Positions 1 through 7,595 of a stretch of DNA of 64,000 nt are shown here, in pieces. Below the pieces are notes generated by a model that saw nothing but the letters and a program-made list of their open reading frames with translations, made no database searches and was not told the origin of the DNA. The position numbers were made by a program, and so were the translations under genes. Position 1 is the first letter of the stretch, and every line of letters starts with the position of its first letter. This stretch comes from a virus (Duplodnaviria > Caudoviricetes), in IMG/VR virus record IMGVR_UViG_3300030101_003968, positions 731-64,730 of that record; one strand, written 5' to 3'.

Positions 1-31
1 AAAGGGTTGAAGAATTTGTTGAAGTATTTTC

Positions 32-154
32 TCATAACTCGCTGTCTTTCAAGTTATTAACAGCGTCCATTGCCATGCCTGCCAGCATGATGAAGCCCAC
101 GAATCCGCAGGCACCCGCCAGTGCGAGGTTGATGTTGAATAGTAGTTGTACCAT
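32..154 (-). CDS. small hydrophobic early protein (40 aa, MVQLLFNINLALAGACGFVGFIMLAGMAMDAVNNLKDSEL)
   Basis: Read manually (below ORF-track cutoff); one TM-like segment; preceded by TCAAACTTCAA motif; its stop overlaps the next ATG (ATGA at 32-35). Confidence 0.6.
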   Translation of the reverse strand: MVQLLFNINLALAGACGFVGFIMLAGMAMDAVNNLKDSEL

Positions 155-177
155 TTGTTGAAGTTTGATGGGTTAAT

Positions 178-348
178 TTACTGATTATCAATGAGTTTGA
201 AGGTCTTGTTCCAGACGGTGTAGCCCGTAAAAGCCCACTCCGCTTGTGCCTTCCAAATGGCACGCTCCAACGTTGGTGCTTGGATGGTGTCCTTGCGCCA
301 GTCGTCTCGATCGCGCCCGTAGTAGACGTAGTATGCGTATGTGTTCAT
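178..348 (-). CDS. hypothetical early protein (MNTYAYYVYYG...)
   Basis: ORF track 178..384; ATG at 348 overlaps the upstream gene's stop. Confidence 0.6.
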   Translation of the reverse strand: MNTYAYYVYYGRDRDDWRKDTIQAPTLERAIWKAQAEWAFTGYTVWNKTFKLIDNQ

Positions 349-746
349 TTGAGTTTGATTTCGCAGTTGTTCTTGAAGTCCCAAATGGCTTCCTCTTCGC
401 GCTTCTTGCCTAAGGCGATAGCCTCTTCGCGGTCAAACACGATGTCGGAGACCTCGATGAAGGCGTAGTTGTCGTCGTTCACCCATGCACCGATTACCTG
501 CGTATAGGGATGTGGTTGAATTTGAAGCTGACGCTTCATGAACTCAATCAAGAGTTCCATCGTGTAGCTGAAGGCGTTGTAAGACAACAAGTTGTTGTCC
601 ACACATTCGACGGAATCCGCCGCTCCGCCCACTGCATACGCTTCCCGTGTGGGGCTGTAGCCGTTGAGGTCTTTGTCAACGGAGAATCCGTTGCCGCTCT
701 GCACGTTCAGGTAGCGCAGGAGCATAAGGTTGTCAATCATTTTCAT
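345..746 (-). CDS. hypothetical early phage protein (IGAW...IEVS...EAIALG...AIWD family)
   Basis: ORF track 345..782; likely start MKMIDN at 746, coupled to upstream stop. Confidence 0.7.
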   Translation of the reverse strand: MKMIDNLMLLRYLNVQSGNGFSVDKDLNGYSPTREAYAVGGAADSVECVDNNLLSYNAFSYTMELLIEFMKRQLQIQPHPYTQVIGAWVNDDNYAFIEVSDIVFDREEAIALGKKREEEAIWDFKNNCEIKLK

Positions 747-916
747 TGCTTGATGTTTTTGAGCAAGGCATCGAAGATGCAATCTTGCAGGTCAAACGTG
801 TCTGGTGTGTACTCACCGCGAACCTCTGCAACGCTGTCGCTCAGCAGGTCAGGTGCGTAGTCGAGCAAATCCTCAGTGATGAGGATAGCCAAATCTCGGA
901 TGTCGTCTTTTGTCAT
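743..916 (-). CDS. small acidic early protein (MTKDDIRDLA...), directly downstream of the hammerhead cut
   Basis: ORF track 743..973; upstream extension runs through the ribozyme, so ATG at 916 is preferred. Confidence 0.65.
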   Translation of the reverse strand: MTKDDIRDLAILITEDLLDYAPDLLSDSVAEVRGEYTPDTFDLQDCIFDALLKNIKQ

Positions 917-937
917 CGTAGATGGTTTTTGAAGTTT

Positions 938-994
938 GATACTGACACCCCAAGGGGTGTTTCGCCTATACAAGGCTCATCAGAGTACCTGTAC
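938..994 (-). ncRNA. type I hammerhead ribozyme
   Basis: - strand reads GUACA GGUACU CUGAUGA GCCU-UGUAU-AGGC GAA ACACCCC-UU-GGGGUGU C AGUAUC: complete catalytic core, stems I/II/III, GUC cleavage triplet, possible pseudoknot GUACA:UGUAU. Confidence 0.9.
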
Positions 995-999
995 TGCTT

Positions 1000-1140
1000 T
1001 CAGCAGTCGATGAGGTCAGCCAAGGTCATCTGCTCGTCGCAGGTCAGCTCGTCCCACTCAGCCGTAGAGGTGAGGAGGTCGAAGTCGAACGAAGAGGTCA
1101 GGAGGTCAGCAATAAGCTGACGGCGTAAGTGCTTATCCAT
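1000..1140 (-). CDS. small acidic early protein (46 aa, MDKHLRRQLIADLLTSSFDFDLL...)
   Basis: Read manually; preceded by hairpin repeat and TCAAACTTCAA motif; stop lies 5 nt upstream of the ribozyme. Confidence 0.6.
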   Translation of the reverse strand: MDKHLRRQLIADLLTSSFDFDLLTSTAEWDELTCDEQMTLADLIDC

Positions 1141-1176
1141 AGGATTGGGGTTTGAAGTTTGACATTTTGAGTGGTT

Positions 1177-1232
1177 GTCTCTCTAACTACACACTCTTCA
1201 TAAATGAAGAGAGTGTGTAGTAAGAGATACTA
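1177..1232. repeat. 56-nt hairpin repeat, copy A (long bulged inverted repeat)
   Basis: gtctctctaactacacactcttcat-aa-atgaagagagtgtgtagtaagagatacta; 54/56 identical to 62660-62715. Confidence 0.9.
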
Positions 1233-1237
1233 ACCGA

Positions 1238-1738
1238 TTAGAAGGGAACATCGGTGCTAACTTCGTTAGCAGAAGTCAGAGACGTGGTCTCCATGTGCAG
1301 AGCCAAGCACTGCGTAAGAGCCTCAATCTTTGCTTCTAACGAAGCAATCTTGTCGTTATTGTCCGCCTCAGCTTTCAGCTGAGCTTTCTTGGCTGCTCTC
1401 TGAGCAGCTCCTGTGGCTACGCTGACAGCTTTGGCTGACTCAGCAGCTTCCTTAACGGAAGCTGTCTTAGCCTTCTTCGAAGGCTTGATTGGACCAACTT
1501 CGTTGGTCTTGAGTGCCGCTTTGTCTTGGCGGTCTGCCACCTTCTGTGAAGGTGTCCTCTTCGTCGTCTTACGACGACGCTTCTTCGCCTTCGGCTTGTC
1601 TTTAACCTCTTCGAGGTTAGAGACAATGTCCAAAGCTTCTTGCAAAGCTTTGATTGCGGCGGCTTTGCGCTGAGCGGTTGGACGGAAGAGAGCTTGGTTG
1701 ACCGCTTTCTTGCAGTCGGAGAATTGGAAGTTTGACAT
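1238..1738 (-). CDS. Lys/Ala-rich basic protein, probably first gene of the early operon (possibly DNA-binding)
   Basis: 166-aa ORF with KAKKRRRK and AAKKA tracts and a C-terminal coiled coil. Confidence 0.75.
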   Translation of the reverse strand: MSNFQFSDCKKAVNQALFRPTAQRKAAAIKALQEALDIVSNLEEVKDKPKAKKRRRKTTKRTPSQKVADRQDKAALKTNEVGPIKPSKKAKTASVKEAAESAKAVSVATGAAQRAAKKAQLKAEADNNDKIASLEAKIEALTQCLALHMETTSLTSANEVSTDVPF

Positions 1739-1794
1739 GAGATAATGTATTAAATGAAACTCATAGAGTTTCGTTTCATTTAATACATATCTCA
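1738..1794. repeat. long inverted repeat abutting the start codon of 1238..1738
   Basis: atgtattaaatgaaac (1745-1760) / gtttcatttaatacat (1773-1788) perfect 16 bp, plus tgagat/atctca. Confidence 0.85.
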
Positions 1795-2145
1795 GTGGTT
1801 CGGCATCGGTACTCTAACGAGTTAGAGTAAAGGTCGCGGTACCAACGGTCAACTAGTTGACTCCTAGGGTACTGCGTGAAGGGACTGCCAACTCAAATCA
1901 GGTCAAGGTCAAGACCTTGAAAGAGTAGTCAGTGAAGCCCCAGTAGTGGGGTTATGTTTGTAACTCACTGAGTTACAAGGGGGATTGTCCTCTCCTTCGG
2001 AGCAACACGCCTGCAAAGTTAGTCAACCAAGGGTTGAACTAACCAGTCCTAACTGACTGAAAGTCAGGCAAAAAGCTGAAAGTTGTAGCAAAAACTGCAC
2101 TTTAGTGCAGGGGGTGGGGTCTGCAAACCCGTTTCGGGTTTGGTC
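1795..2145. other. hairpin-dense intergenic region between the divergent early and late blocks (structured leader, terminus or origin)
   Basis: About 10 short-loop inverted repeats, e.g. tactctaac/gttagagta, gtcaactagttgac, tcaaggtc/gaccttga, ttgtaactc/gagttacaa, ctgact/agtcag, caaacccg/cgggtttg. Confidence 0.6.
2014..2021 (-). promoter_or_regulatory. Bacteroidota-type -7 box TAACTTTG facing the early genes
   Basis: Matches TAnnTTTG on - strand; no clear -33 box. Confidence 0.45.
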
Positions 2146-2404
2146 TGCGCGTGTCTGTGTATGTATATAATCCCCACGGTGTACATATCTCACCCCTTTT
2201 TTCGACGGATCTCGATTCAGTCCCTAATTTGCCTTGAAACAGGTCAAATAATCTAACTTACTCATAATCAATACCGTAAGCGACGTTACATGAACAGTCA
2301 CTTGACGGTTGACTTTTCAAAAATTGTTTTATAACTTCGCGATGTTATTGTGATCAAGACAAAAATGGCCTCATTACTGTTGAAACATAGAAAAAAAGAA
2401 TCGG

Positions 2405-2412
2405 TATCTTTG
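2405..2412 (+). promoter_or_regulatory. Bacteroidota -7 box TATCTTTG
   Basis: Upstream of the first + strand gene. Confidence 0.6.
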
Positions 2413-2438
2413 TTTTAGACACAACAATAGCTGTATCT

Positions 2439-4118
2439 ATGCCTATACGAGTAATAAAATCACCAAATAGAGGATCTGAAGCGGTCCAACGGATGCTAGA
2501 TAGTGGGAACTTTAAGCTTGGTCCCAACGGAGAGCTTCTTAGGGTGAGTGCAGAGGAGGCAAATCAGGCAGCATTGCAGCAATCGAGAGAGGCAGCCTAC
2601 CCCGAGAAGTATTCCCCAACTACATCTGGGTTCATGACTCCCGAAAGAAAGGAGTATTTAGAGAATGTAGATAGGCGGCTCACACCAGAAGAGGCAAGAG
2701 AGTATGCAACGGTGTCTTTTGACCCATCTGAAGGACCAAACATGGTGTTCGGTGCGGTGGCGGGTGAAGCACCTATGGAGCCCGTGGCCCTTCTTGCTGG
2801 CCAAGCAATAAAAAGAGCAGGTGATGCTTACAGGGTTTTGAAGACTCCAGTAGAAAATATGGGGGTCGGTCTGGCATCTGCAGAGCCAAGCAGAGTTGGC
2901 ACACTTAAAAAGTCGGGATATAAGGGGCCTAAAATCAACACGGGCTTTATTCCTTCCAGGAAGCCTCCTGAAGATATTTTTTCTCCAGCTGTTGTTAGCA
3001 AGCACACTCCTCGGGAGGGGCTTGTGGTAGATGAAGTCGCAAGTGAGGGAAACGAGTTCGTAAGAAGATACTTTGCTGACCCTCAGGTTCAAGATCACTA
3101 CAGAAAAACTCTCATTGGGTCTAACCCTACTGCTTCTCAAATGCAAGACGCAATAAACTTGGACTATGAGGATGCCGCTATGATATCCAAAAAGCAGCTT
3201 TTTGACCTTGATTACGATGTAGAAGAATCAAACAAAATATATCGCAACGCACTTCATCCAGACTTCAATGAGGAAAGGTATGCTCAAACCCTTATTGAAG
3301 ACAATGATGCAACCAAGCTTGAGGCCCTTTTTCTGAGGGGACAAAGAGCTCCAGACACAACCCTTGATTTTGATGGCTCCCTTGTTGGTGACGCTGCTGC
3401 TGGAATGTATAGACCGCTTCAAGAAAGCGTTGCAATAAACCCTAAGTTTAGGGGAGATAAATCCACTGCTGCGCATGAAGCTCAGCATTTTGTTGACGCA
3501 AACTTCTTAAGGTCAGATTCTGACATTGCAAAAAAGGTTTCGTCAGGTATATCTGAAAGCGTTAATCCTAAGCTTCAGCAATATGTAAAAGACGGGTCTG
3601 GACGAGATGCGCTAAGCAGGTCCGAACTTTATCTTGCAAGCACCCCAGAGATTACAGCTCGAACACGCGAGCTGCAAAGATCGGTAGCAGAAATTCTTCT
3701 TAATAACCCGTCCAACAATCCAAACATAAAAGCCCTAAGTCAAGAGGATAGGGTTGCTTTTCTTTTAGGTGATTTTTCAAAGCTAGACGAGTCATCCATA
3801 ATGAATGTGTTCAGACAGGCTTTTCAGGACAACTTATCGAAAGGAAAGATTGGAATTGTAAACATGTTTAATGATGTCTTGAAGGGCGGTAAGGCTGTTG
3901 ATTTTTCTTACTCTGGCAACAGACCCATCAGCCAAATGAATATCAACAATGAGAAAAAAGAAGCTATTTCTAACTTGTTTAAGTATTCTCTTGCGGCATC
4001 AGGCGCAGGGGTAGCTTATGGCGCTATGGACCCTGATCAACAACCGCCTCAAGGAATGTCTTTCGGGGGAAAGATGAGGGTCAACAAGACTCAACCAATG
4101 AAAGTAATGAAGCGATGA
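2439..4118 (+). CDS. putative virion/internal protein with zincin-like HExxH motif
   Basis: 559 aa; AAHEAQHFVD followed by YLASTPEITAR; C-terminal MSFGGKM motif. Confidence 0.6.
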   Translation: MPIRVIKSPNRGSEAVQRMLDSGNFKLGPNGELLRVSAEEANQAALQQSREAAYPEKYSPTTSGFMTPERKEYLENVDRRLTPEEAREYATVSFDPSEGPNMVFGAVAGEAPMEPVALLAGQAIKRAGDAYRVLKTPVENMGVGLASAEPSRVGTLKKSGYKGPKINTGFIPSRKPPEDIFSPAVVSKHTPREGLVVDEVASEGNEFVRRYFADPQVQDHYRKTLIGSNPTASQMQDAINLDYEDAAMISKKQLFDLDYDVEESNKIYRNALHPDFNEERYAQTLIEDNDATKLEALFLRGQRAPDTTLDFDGSLVGDAAAGMYRPLQESVAINPKFRGDKSTAAHEAQHFVDANFLRSDSDIAKKVSSGISESVNPKLQQYVKDGSGRDALSRSELYLASTPEITARTRELQRSVAEILLNNPSNNPNIKALSQEDRVAFLLGDFSKLDESSIMNVFRQAFQDNLSKGKIGIVNMFNDVLKGGKAVDFSYSGNRPISQMNINNEKKEAISNLFKYSLAASGAGVAYGAMDPDQQPPQGMSFGGKMRVNKTQPMKVMKR

Positions 4119-4780
4119 TTACAAGAACACGCCGCCCACAGGGGTATCAGGTAAGAAAAACAAGGGTTCAAGACCCTATGTCATACTTTGCACAGAACGG
4201 GTTCAAGAACTCTCCTCAAGGAGACCCCCCGAAAGGCAAAATTGTAGCCCTTGGGCCGAACGGGGAGGTCATGTACGTGGATGACCCCGAAACATACATC
4301 CACCCTGAAGTGGATTACAGCGGTCAGTTCGTAGATTCTGCCTCAGAAAGGATTGCGCGGCAGATGTTTATGGAGAGTGGCGGTGAAAAGAACCCTGACA
4401 CTGCGGTGTCGCCAGCGGGTGCGCGGGGAAGGTGGCAGATTATGCCAGGAACTCAAGCGGATCTGGAGCAAAGGGGACTGATTCCTAAAGGTCTTGACCC
4501 ATTTAACCCTCAGCACAGCAAGCAAATGCGTGATGCCAAAATAGGTGCGCTCATGGAGCTTGATATGATCTCCAATAGAGATATTCCTGAGGAGAACAAG
4601 TTGGCAAGAATTTATGCCTCTTATAATTACGGTGAGGGTAACGTAAGAAAGTTCCTCAACAGGATGAGAGAACAGGGTGTTGACATTGAGGGAGACCCCA
4701 GGGAATGGATACAGTATCTCCCAAAAGAAACTAGGGATTACATCAACTACATCGAGTACGGGATAGACAAACCTAGGTAA
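4115..4780 (+). CDS. lytic transglycosylase (SLT domain)
   Basis: MESGG...AVSPAGARGRWQIMPGT...ASYNYGEGNV...LPKETRDYI. Confidence 0.85.
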   Translation: MITRTRRPQGYQVRKTRVQDPMSYFAQNGFKNSPQGDPPKGKIVALGPNGEVMYVDDPETYIHPEVDYSGQFVDSASERIARQMFMESGGEKNPDTAVSPAGARGRWQIMPGTQADLEQRGLIPKGLDPFNPQHSKQMRDAKIGALMELDMISNRDIPEENKLARIYASYNYGEGNVRKFLNRMREQGVDIEGDPREWIQYLPKETRDYINYIEYGIDKPR

Positions 4781-4792
4781 CTGTAAATAGTC

Positions 4793-4800
4793 TATATTTG
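4793..4800 (+). promoter_or_regulatory. -7 box TATATTTG, 5 nt before ATG (leaderless-type)
   Basis: tatatttg-catcc-ATG. Confidence 0.65.
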
Positions 4801-4805
4801 CATCC

Positions 4806-5240
4806 ATGGCAGATCTGACACTAACCATTACAGAAGCGGTCACCCTGAACGGGACATCCCACGGGGCAACCAACACTCAGACCATCACTGGCGTAACCGA
4901 AGTCTTGCATAGAATTGTAGATGTACCGACTTCAGGGTATATCGACCTAGTAAACTTCGCGGCAGCCGCTTCTGGTATTGCCATCGCTGATTCTACGGCT
5001 AAGCATATCAGAATTACCAACCTTGATGCTTCAAATTTTATCACGCTTCGCGTGAGGGAAACAAGTGTTCAGGAGTACTTCGTCAAGATCGAATCCAAAG
5101 ACTCGTTTATTCTTGGCAATTCGGTTGGTGACGCCAATGATGCAGGAACGGGAGCTGCCGTATCATTTACAAACATTGACGAAATCGAGGCCTTAGCTGA
5201 CACATCTTCGTGCGAGGTCGAAATCTTTATAGCAAGCTGA
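4806..5240 (+). CDS. putative virion structural protein (beta-rich)
   Basis: 144 aa, Thr/Ala-rich; pattern resembles 18552..18971 and 18971..19381. Confidence 0.6.
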   Translation: MADLTLTITEAVTLNGTSHGATNTQTITGVTEVLHRIVDVPTSGYIDLVNFAAAASGIAIADSTAKHIRITNLDASNFITLRVRETSVQEYFVKIESKDSFILGNSVGDANDAGTGAAVSFTNIDEIEALADTSSCEVEIFIAS

Positions 5241-5241
5241 T

Positions 5242-6264
5242 ATGAACGCAGGACTTAGAGCACTAAAAAAGGAATCCCCCGAGGCCTACGAAAAAATTAC
5301 GGGCAAGAAAGCCATGTATGGAATGAAAACCCCCATGGCGATGGCCGAGTACGGAAAGAAGATCATGATGGGCATGGGCGGGATGAACAGCCTTAGTGAA
5401 AAGGAAAAGCAGCAGTACGCCGCAATGGGCATGAAAGCCATGAAGGAATATGGCATGGGCGGAAAAATGTACGAGGACGGAGGAAAAATGTATGAAAACG
5501 GTGGTCAGAACAGTGAGGCCATGTATGGAACGAAGACCCCTATGGCTGAATACGGCAAAAAGAATATGATGGGGATGGGCGGCATGAATATGTACGCTGA
5601 TGATGGAAAAAAAATGCCGAAAGAGCTGGTGGAGTACTTTGAAAGAAAAAAAGCAGAGTACGGAATGAAGGTCATGGGTGATGGGGGTGTTTACGCTGAC
5701 GAGGGAGACAAAAACGATCCCCCTGAGCTAACAGCTAAGCAGCTCCTGGATATTATTGCTATGCAAAACCCAGGTCAGGAAGTTACTGGCTCTAGTTCAG
5801 ATGTTGCAAGATCTATTGCAGACAATATGGGGTACACCACAGCGGTATCTTCAACCGCAGCCCCCATTAAAGCAATATATATGGATCGAGGATCTGTTGA
5901 GGAGGACCCTCAGCCCACACCAGTTAGACCCACTGACTTGTCCCCCATGAAGCCCATGAAGGCAAGCCTGAGCTCTCAGTCTCCTAAGAAAGAAATCATG
6001 GATTCGAAGGCCCCTATGCCAGATCAGTATGAAGAGTCATTTACTGGATATGTGTTGGCCCCTTATCTCAGAACTGGTCAGGTTCCCACGAACATTAAAG
6101 TGAGAAACCCTCAGACGGGACAGTTTCAAGATCGTCAGATGGAGCCAGAGGAGATTGCCAACTACATCTATCAAAATCAGGTTAGACAAAGAGTGCCCTC
6201 TAGAATGATGTCGCGAGACGACGCCATGGAGAAGGCACTAAAGATCATGAGATTTAGATCATAA
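5242..6264 (+). CDS. Met/Gly-rich repeat protein, putative internal virion protein
   Basis: Repeats AMYG.KTPM..AEYGKK.MMGMGGMN, MYEDGGK, MYENGG. Confidence 0.65.
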   Translation: MNAGLRALKKESPEAYEKITGKKAMYGMKTPMAMAEYGKKIMMGMGGMNSLSEKEKQQYAAMGMKAMKEYGMGGKMYEDGGKMYENGGQNSEAMYGTKTPMAEYGKKNMMGMGGMNMYADDGKKMPKELVEYFERKKAEYGMKVMGDGGVYADEGDKNDPPELTAKQLLDIIAMQNPGQEVTGSSSDVARSIADNMGYTTAVSSTAAPIKAIYMDRGSVEEDPQPTPVRPTDLSPMKPMKASLSSQSPKKEIMDSKAPMPDQYEESFTGYVLAPYLRTGQVPTNIKVRNPQTGQFQDRQMEPEEIANYIYQNQVRQRVPSRMMSRDDAMEKALKIMRFRS

Positions 6265-6290
6265 AAAAAGGGGCTTGCGCCCCTTTTTCT
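6263..6290. terminator. bidirectional intrinsic terminator
   Basis: aaaaaaaggggc-ttgc-gcccctttttc between convergent ORFs. Confidence 0.85.
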
Positions 6291-6306
6291 TTCTATATAC
6301 ATCCTA

Positions 6307-6477
6307 TCAATCCCGTTCCCACGGCATTGGAGAATTCAAGTGGTTGATTGCAATGATCAGGTCTTGTGCCTGAGCTGAGTTGTATCGCTGTTGCAAACGA
6401 TTTTGCTTTGATGCTGCGTCATCCATAAAGAGGAGTCCTACTGCTACTAAGGCGGCTGCTGCAATGGTAAATTTCAT
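6307..6477 (-). CDS. small exported or membrane-anchored protein (56 aa, MKFTIAAAALVAVGLLFMDD...)
   Basis: Read manually; N-terminal hydrophobic segment; ends at the bidirectional terminator. Confidence 0.6.
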   Translation of the reverse strand: MKFTIAAAALVAVGLLFMDDAASKQNRLQQRYNSAQAQDLIIAINHLNSPMPWERD

Positions 6478-6596
6478 TGTGTAAGGTATTAAGGGATTAA
6501 ACTGAATTTCGTAAATTTGAGCTGCTTGCTGATCTCATTGTACGGAGAAAAATCAATTCCGTGCAAGTTTTGGATCGTAAAAATTCGTTAATCGAC

Positions 6597-7076
6597 ATGC
6601 AACTATCTAAAAACCTAACACTTAAGGAGTGCACAAAAAGCACTACCGCTTCAAGGTTGGGAATCAATAACACTCCAGACGATGAATGGATCATCCAAAA
6701 TCTCAAGGCGATTGCAGAACATGTATTTCAACCTCTTAGGGAATCTTTCGGGTGCCCTATATACGTGTCGTCAGGCTATCGTGGGCCTGAGCTCAACCGT
6801 GCTATCGGCGGTTCGCTTCGTAGTCAACACATGGAAGGGAGAGCACTCGACCTTGATGCAGACGTATACGGAAAGTGTACAAACTCTGAAATCTTCGAGT
6901 GGATACGAGAAAACGTTGAGTTTGATCAGATGGTGTGGGAATTTGGTGATACAGACAATCCTGATTGGGTTCACGTCAGTTATGTGCATGATGGCTTTAA
7001 TCGTGGTCGCTGCCTCAAAGCTTGTCGTGACGATGAGGGAAAGGTTTACTACGAAGTAATGTTTAAGACCCTCTGA
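6597..7076 (+). CDS. endolysin, peptidase M15 family
   Basis: SSGYR..LNRAIGGS..SQH..G.A.D...WVHVS; TAAATTTG box at 6512-6519. Confidence 0.85.
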   Translation: MQLSKNLTLKECTKSTTASRLGINNTPDDEWIIQNLKAIAEHVFQPLRESFGCPIYVSSGYRGPELNRAIGGSLRSQHMEGRALDLDADVYGKCTNSEIFEWIRENVEFDQMVWEFGDTDNPDWVHVSYVHDGFNRGRCLKACRDDEGKVYYEVMFKTL

Positions 7077-7077
7077 T

Positions 7078-7593
7078 ATGCTTGGACTAGGAAACACACT
7101 GACTGCTTCGGGCGTTACTGAATCAATAATTGAATTAGGCAGCTTCGTTGGCTTTTTTGCCGTGGATGCACCTGATGATGAAAACGTTGTTTTTGCTCTT
7201 TCGTATACGGATTCCGCCATCAATGATGCGTTAAATTTTGAAGGAATTTCGGCTGGGGAAAAAACAAGCGGCACGTTCAGCGTCACCATAACCAGGCTGG
7301 ACTCTTCGGACAACCCAGTGGCTGGGGCGTCAACGACAGGGGCTCTTTTTGGATACAAGACTTCTGGAGCAGGAGCAATCTATCTAAGTGATCAAGATCA
7401 AGCAAGCTTTAATCTTAGTGAGTTCGAATCGGGTGGCTCCGCCTTGGTAGACGTTACTACTTTTGGTGATGTCACTGATATAACGGACAACTCCGTGGAA
7501 ACAAGCAACTATACAATCTCAATTACTTTTACCGCTCCAGGATACACCACATCAGCCATTACCCTCGCTGTTGTGGATCTAGACACAGCATAA
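7078..7593 (+). CDS. hypothetical protein, likely structural (MLGLG N-terminus)
   Basis: 171 aa acidic and Thr-rich; packed in operon. Confidence 0.6.
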   Translation: MLGLGNTLTASGVTESIIELGSFVGFFAVDAPDDENVVFALSYTDSAINDALNFEGISAGEKTSGTFSVTITRLDSSDNPVAGASTTGALFGYKTSGAGAIYLSDQDQASFNLSEFESGGSALVDVTTFGDVTDITDNSVETSNYTISITFTAPGYTTSAITLAVVDLDTA

Positions 7594-7595
7594 TC

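Noticed and set aside
345-746. Possible SAM-lyase (anti-restriction) assignment
   Set aside because: Resemblance is only a loose G-x-W...E...AIW pattern; needs a structure search.
743-973. N-terminal extension MYRRNTPWGVSIKLQK of the track ORF
   Set aside because: It reads through the hammerhead and leader motif; ATG at 916 is the more plausible start.
5311-5589. Nucleotide direct repeats that might be a CRISPR array or DGR template
   Set aside because: In-frame degenerate coding repeats with synonymous variation; no spacers and no reverse transcriptase.
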